Shown piece by piece: positions 1-6,922 of a stretch of 11,073 nucleotides of DNA (its first letter is position 1; every line of letters begins with the position of its first letter). The stretch is taken from positions 1 through 11,073 of the forward strand of contig CALJER010000036.1 in assembly GCA_938074535.1 (NCBI GenBank), given 5' to 3'. Under the pieces are notes generated by a model, which was not told the DNA's origin, ran no database searches, and saw only the letters and a program-made list of their open reading frames with translations. The position numbers were made by a program, and so were the translations under genes. The DNA is from an uncultured archaeon (lineage in GTDB: Archaea > Hadarchaeota > Hadarchaeia > Hadarchaeales > WYZ-LMO6).

Positions 1-1
1 G

Positions 2-829
2 CTGGCCCGCCTGTGCGGAGTCTCCCTCAGCCGGAGGGTGAGGGAGGTTTCGCTGGAGCTGGCGAGGAGGGAGGTGGGGGAGAGGATGGCGGAAAGGGAC
101 CGCTGCGTGGTGGGGGCCTCCAGGATGCTGGAGGAGGTGGACAGGACCCTCAACCTGCTCGTGGGCCTCCTGCGCGAGTGGTACTCCCTCCACTTCCCCG
201 AGCTGGACGGGCTGGTGGGGGACCACGAGGAGTACGTCAGGCTGCTGGTCTCGCTGGGGAGGAGGGAGGAGTTCACGGAGGAAAGGCTGGCGGGGCTGGG
301 CCTCGCCCCCGAGAGGGCCAGGAAGCTCTCCTCCTCGGCCAGGAGCTCCATGGGGGCGGCGCTGGGGGAGGAGGACCTGGAGGTCCTGAGGGAGAGCGGG
401 AGGAGGGTGCTGGAGCTCCTCTCCCTCCGCAGGGAGCTGGCCGGGTACCTGGACCGCAGGATGGAGGAGGTGGCCCCCAACCTCAGGGCGGTGGTGGGAA
501 GCCTGCTGGGCGCCCGTCTCATCTCCCTCGCGGGAGGGCTGGAGAGGCTGTCCAGGATGCCCACGAGCACCATCCAGGTGCTGGGTGCGGAGAAGGCCCT
601 CTTCAGGGCCCTGCGGTCGAGGGGCAGGCCGCCGAAGCACGGCGTGCTCTACCGCTTCCCCCCCCTCCGCTCCGCCCCGAAGAAGCTGAGGGGGAAGATA
701 GCCAGAGCGGTGGCGGGGAAGGTCAGCATAGCGGCGAGGGTGGACCTGATGGGCGGGGGCTACCTGGGGGACAGGCTTTCCTCGGAGCTGGAGAGGCGCC
801 TGGCCGAGATAAGGGGTGAGAGGGGATGA
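2..829 (+). CDS. nop5: Box C/D methylation-guide RNP subunit Nop5 (Nop56/58 family), 5'-truncated by the window edge
   Basis: Nop-domain motifs LREWYSLHFPEL, APNL..VVG..LGARLI, STIQVLGAEKALF, PPKHGVLY and RGKIARA. The frame is open from position 2 (LARLCGVSLSRRV...), so GTG 38 is probably not the true start. The stop overlaps the fibrillarin start (ATGA 826-829). Confidence 0.95.
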   Translation: MARLCGVSLSRRVREVSLELARREVGERMAERDRCVVGASRMLEEVDRTLNLLVGLLREWYSLHFPELDGLVGDHEEYVRLLVSLGRREEFTEERLAGLGLAPERARKLSSSARSSMGAALGEEDLEVLRESGRRVLELLSLRRELAGYLDRRMEEVAPNLRAVVGSLLGARLISLAGGLERLSRMPTSTIQVLGAEKALFRALRSRGRPPKHGVLYRFPPLRSAPKKLRGKIARAVAGKVSIAARVDLMGGGYLGDRLSSELERRLAEIRGERG

Positions 830-1500
830 AGGTGGAGGAGGGGTTCCCGGGCGTTTACTGGCTCAGGTACCCCCAGGGGAAAAAACTGGCCACCAGGAAC
901 GCCCTCCCCGGTCAGAGGGTCTACGGGGAGGAGCTGGTGGAGGTGGGTGGGGTGGAGTACAGGGTCTGGGATCCCTACAGGAGCAAGCTCGCCTCGGCCC
1001 TCCACCTGGGGCTGAAGGAGATGCCCGTCCGCAGGGGCTCCCGCGTCCTCTACCTGGGGGCGGCCTCCGGCACCACCGCCAGCCACCTCTCCGACATCGT
1101 GGGGGAGGAAGGGGTGATCTGGTGCGTGGAGCTTTCCTTCCGGCCCATGAGGGACCTGCTTTCCCTCTGCGGGCGCAGGACGAACATGGTGCCCATCCTC
1201 GCCGACGCCAGGGACCCCGCCTCCTACCGCTTCCTGGTGGGGGAGGCGGACGTGATCTACCAGGACGTGGCCCAGCCCGACCAGACCGAGATCCTCAGGA
1301 AGAACCTCGCCGCCTTCCTCGGACCGGGCGGCTGGGCCCTCCTCTTCCTGAAGGCGAAGAGCATAGACGTCACCAGGGACTCCAGGGAGGTCTTCAGGGA
1401 GGAGAGGGAGAGGCTGGGGGCGGGGATAGAGGTGGTGGAGTTCAGGGTGCTGGAGCCCTACGAGAAGGACCACGCCCTCCTCGTTTTGCGCAGGGAATGA
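826..1500 (+). CDS. flpA: Fibrillarin-like rRNA/tRNA 2'-O-methyltransferase
   Basis: Motifs VYGE, YRVWDPYRSKL, VLYLGAASGTTASHLSD, IYQDVAQPDQ, KAKSID and LEPYEKDH. Translationally coupled to nop5, a known archaeal gene pair. Confidence 0.97.
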   Translation: MKVEEGFPGVYWLRYPQGKKLATRNALPGQRVYGEELVEVGGVEYRVWDPYRSKLASALHLGLKEMPVRRGSRVLYLGAASGTTASHLSDIVGEEGVIWCVELSFRPMRDLLSLCGRRTNMVPILADARDPASYRFLVGEADVIYQDVAQPDQTEILRKNLAAFLGPGGWALLFLKAKSIDVTRDSREVFREERERLGAGIEVVEFRVLEPYEKDHALLVLRRE

Positions 1501-1507
1501 ACCTCGG

Positions 1508-1514
1508 TTTTTAT
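1508..1514 (+). promoter_or_regulatory. Putative TATA box for the MFS gene
   Basis: TTTTTAT is the only AT island in the GC-rich spacer and lies about 23-29 nt upstream of GTG 1537. Confidence 0.45.
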
Positions 1515-1536
1515 CCGCTCCGGTGGAAGGGGGGAG

Positions 1537-2673
1537 GTGGGAAGGGCCCCCCTCCTGCTGGCCTGCTCGGCCGTCTTCCTGGACGCCGCGGGTTACGGAA
1601 TAGTGGTTCCCACCGTCCCCCTCAGGGCCTCCGAGCTCCACCTCTCCTCAGCCCTCCTGGGCCTCATCTTCGCCGCCTACCCCCTGGTCTACCTGCTGGT
1701 CACCCTTCCCCTGGGCGTCCTGTGCGACCGGTGGGGCAGGAAGCCCCTGCTGGTCCTGGGGATGCTGGTCCTGGCCGTCTCCAGCCTCTCCTTCTCCCTT
1801 TCCTCTTCCTTCCCCCAGCTCTTCGTGAGCAGGGGAACGCAGGGGATGGCGGCGGCCTCCACCTGGGTGGCTTCCCTGGCCCTCCTGACCGACCTCACCC
1901 CTTCCTGCAGGAGGGGCAGGACCCTGGGCTGGGTGACCGCCTCCATGGGGCTGGGGGCGATCGCGGGTCCGCCCCTGGGAGGGTGGATGGCTGAGGCGGG
2001 GGGCTATCCCGCGCCCTTCCGGTTGTGGGCCCTCCTCTCCCTCCTCCTGGCCCTCCTCTCCCTCACGGTTCTCAGGGAGCCCCCGCACTCCAGGCCGAGC
2101 AGCTTCCGCTCCTCTTCCTTCCTGGGGGTCTTGAGGAACCCTGACGCCCTCCTCTCCTGCCTGGTGGCCCTCCTGATCTGGATGGGTTTCGGCTTTCTGG
2201 AGCCCTTCGCCCCTTCCTACCTCTCCTCCCACCTCGGGCTCGGCCAGGGTGAAATAGGGACGATGTTCGGGCTGGCCGCCCTCTTCCTCGCGACCTCCAG
2301 ACCCCTCTTCGGCTCCGCCAGCGACAGGTTCGGGAGGAGGAGGGTGATGGGGTGGGGCATGCTCTTCTGCTCGGCTTCCTTCCCGGCGGTCCTCTTCGTG
2401 GGTTCCCCCTGGCAGGCGGCCGCGGTCTTCTGCCTCCTGGGCCTGGCCATAGGGATTCCCCTCTCCTCCGCCCTCCCCCTCATCACCGAGGCGGTGCCGG
2501 AGGCGGGGACGGCCTCCGCCCTCTTCCTCATGGCGTACTCCCTGGGCCACGCGGTGGGTCCGCTGGTGGGTGGGGCGGTGCTCAGCACGGGAGGCTTCGC
2601 CCTCCTCCTCTTCCCCTACTCCCTGCTCTCCCTGCTGCTGGGCGTTCTCTCCCTGAGGGGCCTCAGGCGGTGA
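1537..2673 (+). CDS. MFS transporter (DHA1/SLC18-like)
   Basis: 378 aa with about 12 hydrophobic segments. MFS motif A occurs in both halves (LCDRWGRK, SDRFGRR), with antiporter motif C-like GAIAGPPLGG. GTG start follows a G-rich GGAG RBS-like run. The 3' end overlaps map by 11 nt (convergent). Confidence 0.9.
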   Translation: MGRAPLLLACSAVFLDAAGYGIVVPTVPLRASELHLSSALLGLIFAAYPLVYLLVTLPLGVLCDRWGRKPLLVLGMLVLAVSSLSFSLSSSFPQLFVSRGTQGMAAASTWVASLALLTDLTPSCRRGRTLGWVTASMGLGAIAGPPLGGWMAEAGGYPAPFRLWALLSLLLALLSLTVLREPPHSRPSSFRSSSFLGVLRNPDALLSCLVALLIWMGFGFLEPFAPSYLSSHLGLGQGEIGTMFGLAALFLATSRPLFGSASDRFGRRRVMGWGMLFCSASFPAVLFVGSPWQAAAVFCLLGLAIGIPLSSALPLITEAVPEAGTASALFLMAYSLGHAVGPLVGGAVLSTGGFALLLFPYSLLSLLLGVLSLRGLRR

Positions 2674-3562
2674 GGACCTCGCACCCCCCCTCCGTCACCA
2701 GGACGGTGTGCTCGGCCTGCGCCACCTTCTTTCCCGCTCTCTCCACCAGCACGTGGTAGGGCCAGAGGGCCCCCGAATCCACCAGCTCCCTCAGGGTGAG
2801 CCTGAGCCTCAGCCTGGACATGCGCCTGGCCAGCCACCTCTCCGCGAAGGGGAGACCGTTGTACGTCTTCTTCAGATCCCTGAGGAGCTCCCTGGTCATC
2901 CTCAGCCTCACCGGGCGCTCCCCTAGGTACCTGAAGATGAGCACCTCCCTGGTGTCCTCCACGTAGCCCGCCCCGCCGGTCACAAAGGGCTCCAGGGCCA
3001 CCACCGCACCGCTTTCCAGCCTCTGCCCCGTGCGCACGGAGGTGTTGGGGATGGTCAGGCCCCCGTGCAGCGTCCAGCGGGAGAGGGCGTGCCCCGTGAG
3101 GTTGGCCACGGGCTTGAAGCCCGCCCCTCTGGCGGCCTCCTCCACGGCCCTTCCCACCTCCCCCGCATCCACTCCGGCCCTCACCGCGGCTATGGCGGCC
3201 TCCAGGGCCTTCTCCGCGGCTTCCTTCAGCGCTCTTCCCTCCTCGTCCGTGGCGACGGTGAAGGCCGTGTCCGCGATGTAGCCGTCCAGGTGGGCCCCCA
3301 GGTCCACCTTCACCAGGTCGCCCTCCTTGATCACGGTGGGATCGTCGAAGGGGGGGCTGTAGTGGGCCGCCACCTCGTTGAGGGAGACGTTGCAGGGGAA
3401 GGCAGGCCTGGCGCCCTTCTCCTGAATGAGCCTCTCCGCCTCCTCCGCTATCCTCACCAGCGACTCCCCCACCTTCACCATGGGTCGGATCCTCTCCCTC
3501 ACCTCGGCGAGGAGCTTCCCGGCCCTGCGGTAGGCCTCCAGCTCCTGGTCCTGAAGCATCAC
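2663..3562 (-). CDS. map: Type II methionine aminopeptidase
   Basis: Motifs AFPCNVSLNEVAAHY, KVDLGAHLDGYIADTA, NLTGH, ALEPF, LPFAERW and AQAEHT, with all five metal ligands (D, D, H, E, E) present. Start is GTG 3562 or ATG 3559. Confidence 0.96.
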   Translation of the reverse strand: MMLQDQELEAYRRAGKLLAEVRERIRPMVKVGESLVRIAEEAERLIQEKGARPAFPCNVSLNEVAAHYSPPFDDPTVIKEGDLVKVDLGAHLDGYIADTAFTVATDEEGRALKEAAEKALEAAIAAVRAGVDAGEVGRAVEEAARGAGFKPVANLTGHALSRWTLHGGLTIPNTSVRTGQRLESGAVVALEPFVTGGAGYVEDTREVLIFRYLGERPVRLRMTRELLRDLKKTYNGLPFAERWLARRMSRLRLRLTLRELVDSGALWPYHVLVERAGKKVAQAEHTVLVTEGGCEVLTA

Positions 3563-3581
3563 CCACTCCCTCGGCCCGGAG

Positions 3582-3587
3582 TTAAAA
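3582..3587 (-). promoter_or_regulatory. Putative TATA box for map, overlapping the stop codon of the upstream gene
   Basis: TTTTAA on the minus strand, 20-25 nt upstream of the map start. Confidence 0.4.
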
Positions 3588-4085
3588 GCTTTCAGGGGAG
3601 TATCCCAGGAAGGGCTCCTTCCGCCTGAAGCGCAGGGTCAGGGCGGCGGAGAGGGCGGCACCCAGCAGGAGGAGGGAGAGGGCCAGGAGGAGGAGGTTGA
3701 CGGGTCTGGGCACCCTACGTCCCTCCAGGACCACCCTCAGGTTTTCGGCGTGGAGGTCGGGCTCCCCGCCGTGCTCGGGGCACCGGGCACGGAAGACCCC
3801 CGTCGCCTCCACCCTGTCCCCGATGTGGAAGTAGTCCCCCACCACCCTGATTCCTTCCGCCTGCTCCTTCGTGCACCAGATTCCCAGGGGCCAGCCGTTG
3901 TCGAGGAGGTTCAACCAGACATGCCCCCCTCTCTCCAGCCTGCCCACCACCTCCCCCGTCACCGTGACGGTCCTTCCGTCCCATTCCTGGGGCCCCCTCA
4001 CCAGGTCCTCCACGGATACCGGGGTGGCTCCCGCGCAGGGAAGGAGGGAGAGGCAGAGGAGCAGGCAGAGGAGCGTCCTCTTCAT
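3582..4085 (-). CDS. Exported, C-terminally membrane-anchored OB-fold-like protein (167 aa), function unknown
   Basis: Only the C-terminal part of the 675-aa track ORF looks real. ATG 4085 overlaps the trkH stop (ATGA) and follows an RBS-like GGAGG. Signal peptide MKRTLLCLLLCLSLLPCAGA, OB-type strands (WDGRTVTVTGEVVG ... GDRVEATGVF), CPEHGGEPDLH motif, and a C-terminal TM helix followed by RFRRK. Confidence 0.85.
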   Translation of the reverse strand: MKRTLLCLLLCLSLLPCAGATPVSVEDLVRGPQEWDGRTVTVTGEVVGRLERGGHVWLNLLDNGWPLGIWCTKEQAEGIRVVGDYFHIGDRVEATGVFRARCPEHGGEPDLHAENLRVVLEGRRVPRPVNLLLLALSLLLLGAALSAALTLRFRRKEPFLGYSPESF

Positions 4086-5596
4086 TCCGCCTTCCTCCTC
4101 TGGAAACTCAGAGCGAGGGCAATGAGGAGCACCAGCACGGTGAGCACCTCCAGCCTGCCCATCCACATCAGCACCATGTAGGTGAGCTTGAGGCCCGCGG
4201 GCATGGAGGGGTGGGTGAGGCCGCAGCTCAGCCCCACGTTGGAGAGGGCCGAGGAGGTCTCGAACATGGACTGCTCGGCGGTGTAGCCGTAGGCCATGGT
4301 GATGAGGGTGCCCGCGGCGAAGAGGAGGAGGTAGGAGGTGGCCACGAGGGCCGCGCCCCTCACCACGGGGGGGGTGAGGGGGGAGTCCTTCAGGTGGTGG
4401 AACCTCTCCCCCACCACCACCGACCTCGGGAGGAAGGGACGCTTCAGCTCCAGCGCCAGCGACTTGAGCAGGATCCCCACCCTGAGGGACTTGATCCCCC
4501 CCGAGGTGGAGTTGGCGCATCCCCCCAGCAGCATGGCCAGGGAGAGGAGGAAGAGGAGGGAGAGGGGCCAGACCAGCGAGAGGTGGAGGGGGGGGACGGT
4601 GGAGAAGCCCGTGGTGGTCTGGGCGGAGAGGAGCTGGAAGATCCCCCTCCTGAAGAGGGCCTCCGTGGAGGTGTAGATCCCCTTCCCCAGGAGAAGGAGG
4701 ATCGTGAGGGCGCCCAGGAGGAGGGCGGTGAAGAAGAAGACCCTCACCTCCGTGTCCCTGAACACTTCCCTCCTCCTGCCCGTGAGGAGGGCGTAGTGCA
4801 GGTTGAAGTTGAGGGCCCCTACCACCGCCAGCACCATGGCCACGACCTCGTAGATCAGCCCGTGGTAGTACATCAGGTTCTGGGAGTGGGGGCTGAAGCC
4901 GCCGGTGGCGTAGCCCGTGAAGGAGTGGCAGATCCCGTCGAAGAAGGCGGTGCCCGGGTCGGCCCCCTCGTAGATTCCAGCCAGGGTGAACATGAGGGCC
5001 CCCACCACGAAGAAGGTCAGGGCTATGCCGAAGATGAGCCTGGTGGTGCGCACCACGCTGGGCCTTATCCCCTCCTCCCTGGCTTCCCCCCTGAAGGCCA
5101 GCAGGCTGCTTACCTCCGTCCTGCCAAGCACGGCCAGCGAGACCGCCACGATCCCCACCCCGTCCCCCAGGAACTGCAGCAGGTGCCGGTGGAAGTGGAG
5201 GGAGCGCGCCAGGTGATCGGGATCGACGGTCAGCGTGAGGCCGGTGCCCGTGAAGCCGCTCAGGGATTCGAAGCAGGCGTCCAGCGGGGAGGAGCAGGCC
5301 CCTCCCAGCCACAGGGGGAGGGAGGCCAGCAGGGAGGCCGCGAGCCAGGCCAGGGCCACCAGGCAGAGGGCGTGCTTGAGCTCCATCTGCTCGTCGGTCC
5401 TGCAGAGGTGGGAGAGAAGGGTGGCCAGCAGGAGCGTGAAGCCCGAGGTGAAGAAGAAGTAGGATAAGGTGTCCAGCTCCCGATAGAAGAGGGCGGGGAC
5501 GAGCGGAAGGAGGAAGACGAAGGAGAGGAGGTGGAGCATCCTTCCCAGGTTGTAGAGGATGACCTTCCAGTCCTCCCGGGTGAGGCGGAAGAGCAA
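4082..5596 (-). CDS. trkH: TrkH-family potassium uptake membrane protein
   Basis: Four P-loops (FESLSGFTGTG, TGYATGGFS, SAQTTTGFS, SALSNVGLS), intramembrane loop GGCANSTSGGIK and C-terminal MWMGRLE. TTG start has a GAGGTG RBS 5 nt upstream. Confidence 0.94.
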   Translation of the reverse strand: MLFRLTREDWKVILYNLGRMLHLLSFVFLLPLVPALFYRELDTLSYFFFTSGFTLLLATLLSHLCRTDEQMELKHALCLVALAWLAASLLASLPLWLGGACSSPLDACFESLSGFTGTGLTLTVDPDHLARSLHFHRHLLQFLGDGVGIVAVSLAVLGRTEVSSLLAFRGEAREEGIRPSVVRTTRLIFGIALTFFVVGALMFTLAGIYEGADPGTAFFDGICHSFTGYATGGFSPHSQNLMYYHGLIYEVVAMVLAVVGALNFNLHYALLTGRRREVFRDTEVRVFFFTALLLGALTILLLLGKGIYTSTEALFRRGIFQLLSAQTTTGFSTVPPLHLSLVWPLSLLFLLSLAMLLGGCANSTSGGIKSLRVGILLKSLALELKRPFLPRSVVVGERFHHLKDSPLTPPVVRGAALVATSYLLLFAAGTLITMAYGYTAEQSMFETSSALSNVGLSCGLTHPSMPAGLKLTYMVLMWMGRLEVLTVLVLLIALALSFQRRKAE

Positions 5597-5605
5597 GGGG
5601 GCACC

Positions 5606-5755
5606 TCACAGGGAGGAGAGGAGCACCACCAGAAGGCAGAGGGCCGCCGAAAGAAGGACCAGGGCCGAGGCGGTGAAGAGCTCCACCAGCAGCCCGCTCA
5701 GGAAGTCGAAGTTCCGCTTCAGGAATCCCCTTATCCCCAGCTTCCTGAAGGCCAT
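5606..5755 (-). CDS. Small single-pass membrane protein (49 aa), not in the ORF track
   Basis: MAFRKLGIRGFLKRNFDFLSGLLVELFTASALVLLSAALCLLVVLLSSL*. ATG 5755 lies 2 nt after the trkA stop with an AGGTGA RBS. Its stop overlaps the trkH RBS. It fills the trkA-trkH gap exactly and has G/C-ending codon usage like its neighbours. Confidence 0.75.
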   Translation of the reverse strand: MAFRKLGIRGFLKRNFDFLSGLLVELFTASALVLLSAALCLLVVLLSSL

Positions 5756-5757
5756 CC

Positions 5758-6426
5758 TCACCTACTCCTTATCTGATCCACCAGCTTGGCTATGGCCTCC
5801 TCCTTGCCCATGATCGCGACGACGTCTCCCGCCTCCAGCGTGCTCTCCCCCCTGGGGACGACGAGCTCACCCCTCCTGTAGATCATCCCTATGATGCACC
5901 CCCTGGGTATGGCCAGCTCCGAGAGCTTCTTGTGCACCACCTTGGATCCCTCGGGGATTTTGATCTCCGCCGCCGTCATGGGGGTGTCGGAGAGAAAGAT
6001 GGAGGTGGTGCCGGGGAGGGAGATGGCGCTCTCCAGCACCATGGAGGCCACGTGGGAGGGGCTGACCATCAGGTCGATGTTGAAGCTTTTGGACAGCTTG
6101 GCCATCTCCGGGTCCTCCACCCTGGCCATCACCAGGGGCACCCCGTAGACGGTCTTGGCGAGCTGGCAGGCCACGATGTTGTCGTTGTCGTTCCCCGTGG
6201 CCCCCACGAAGACGTCCGCCTCCTTTATCTTGGCCTCCTCCAGGATTTCCTTCTCCGTGGCGTCGCCGCAGAGGATCAGGACGTTGAGCCTTTCCGCCAG
6301 CCTCTCGCATACCTGGGGGTCCTTGTCGATCAGGACCACGTCCCTCCCCTTCTGGGAGAGCACCTCGGCCAGGTGGGACCCCACCCTCCCCCCACCGGCG
6401 ATGACGATGAGCCTGGGTTCCTTCAT
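5758..6426 (-). CDS. trkA: TrkA/KtrA-type K+ uptake regulatory subunit (single RCK_N + RCK_C)
   Basis: Rossmann motif IAGGGRVG, GDAT, ATGNDNDN, VMARV, and RCK_C signature VVPRGESTLEAGDVV. 222 aa. Confidence 0.93.
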   Translation of the reverse strand: MKEPRLIVIAGGGRVGSHLAEVLSQKGRDVVLIDKDPQVCERLAERLNVLILCGDATEKEILEEAKIKEADVFVGATGNDNDNIVACQLAKTVYGVPLVMARVEDPEMAKLSKSFNIDLMVSPSHVASMVLESAISLPGTTSIFLSDTPMTAAEIKIPEGSKVVHKKLSELAIPRGCIIGMIYRRGELVVPRGESTLEAGDVVAIMGKEEAIAKLVDQIRSR

Positions 6427-6447
6427 CCTCTCTCCCTTGGGGACCCT

Positions 6448-6457
6448 TCTTTAAAGA
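6448..6457 (-). promoter_or_regulatory. Palindromic TATA-like element (TCTTTAAAGA), putative trk operon promoter
   Basis: TTTAAA core 24-29 nt upstream of trkA ATG 6426. Perfect 10-bp palindrome in the divergent trkA/trxA spacer. Confidence 0.55.
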
Positions 6458-6485
6458 TTACCTATGGGAGGTGGGGTGGGCAAGG

Positions 6486-6491
6486 TATTTA
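6486..6491 (+). promoter_or_regulatory. Putative TATA box for thioredoxin
   Basis: TATTTA about 28-33 nt upstream of ATG 6519. Confidence 0.35.
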
Positions 6492-6518
6492 GGCGCGGCG
6501 GGGGAGCGGTGGGGTGGG

Positions 6519-6920
6519 ATGGATGAGGAGCTCTCCAGGATACGGGAGAGGAAGCTCAGGGAGCTCGAGGAGAGGTGGCTCCGGAGGGGGGAGATGAGCG
6601 CGTCCGGGCCGGTGGAGGTCACGGAGGAGAGCTTCGACAGGTTCATAAGGGAGAACCCCAGGGCGGTGGTGGACTTCTGGGCCGCCTGGTGCCCGCCCTG
6701 CAGGATCCTCTCCCCCGTGGTGGAGGAGCTGGCGAGGAAGTACGCCGGGAAGGTGGCCTTCGGAAAGCTCAACGTGGACGAGAACCCCTCGGTGGCGGAG
6801 CGCTACGGCATCATGAGCATTCCCACCCTCCTCTACTTCAGGGAGGGGAAGCTGGTGGACGAAACGGTGGGGGCCCTCCCCGCCGGTGCGATAGAGGAGA
6901 GGATCAGGAAGCTCCTCTAG
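6519..6920 (+). CDS. trxA: Thioredoxin with N-terminal charged helix
   Basis: Motifs VVDFWAAWCPPC, KLNVDENP and IMSIPT (cis-Pro). ATG 6519 (MDEELSRIR) is preferred over GTG 6471 because it follows a GGGGTGG RBS and the TATA-like element. Confidence 0.95.
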   Translation: MDEELSRIRERKLRELEERWLRRGEMSASGPVEVTEESFDRFIRENPRAVVDFWAAWCPPCRILSPVVEELARKYAGKVAFGKLNVDENPSVAERYGIMSIPTLLYFREGKLVDETVGALPAGAIEERIRKLL

Positions 6921-6922
6921 CC

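Noticed and set aside
1501-1536. Box C/D guide sRNA downstream of nop5-fibrillarin
   Set aside because: The spacer is only 36 nt and has no RUGAUGA/CUGA boxes. None was seen in the other intergenic regions either.
3582-5609. 675-aa minus-strand ORF
   Set aside because: The first ~508 aa are a low-complexity P/G/R shadow frame over trkH. Only the part from ATG 4085 has an RBS, a signal peptide and protein-like composition.
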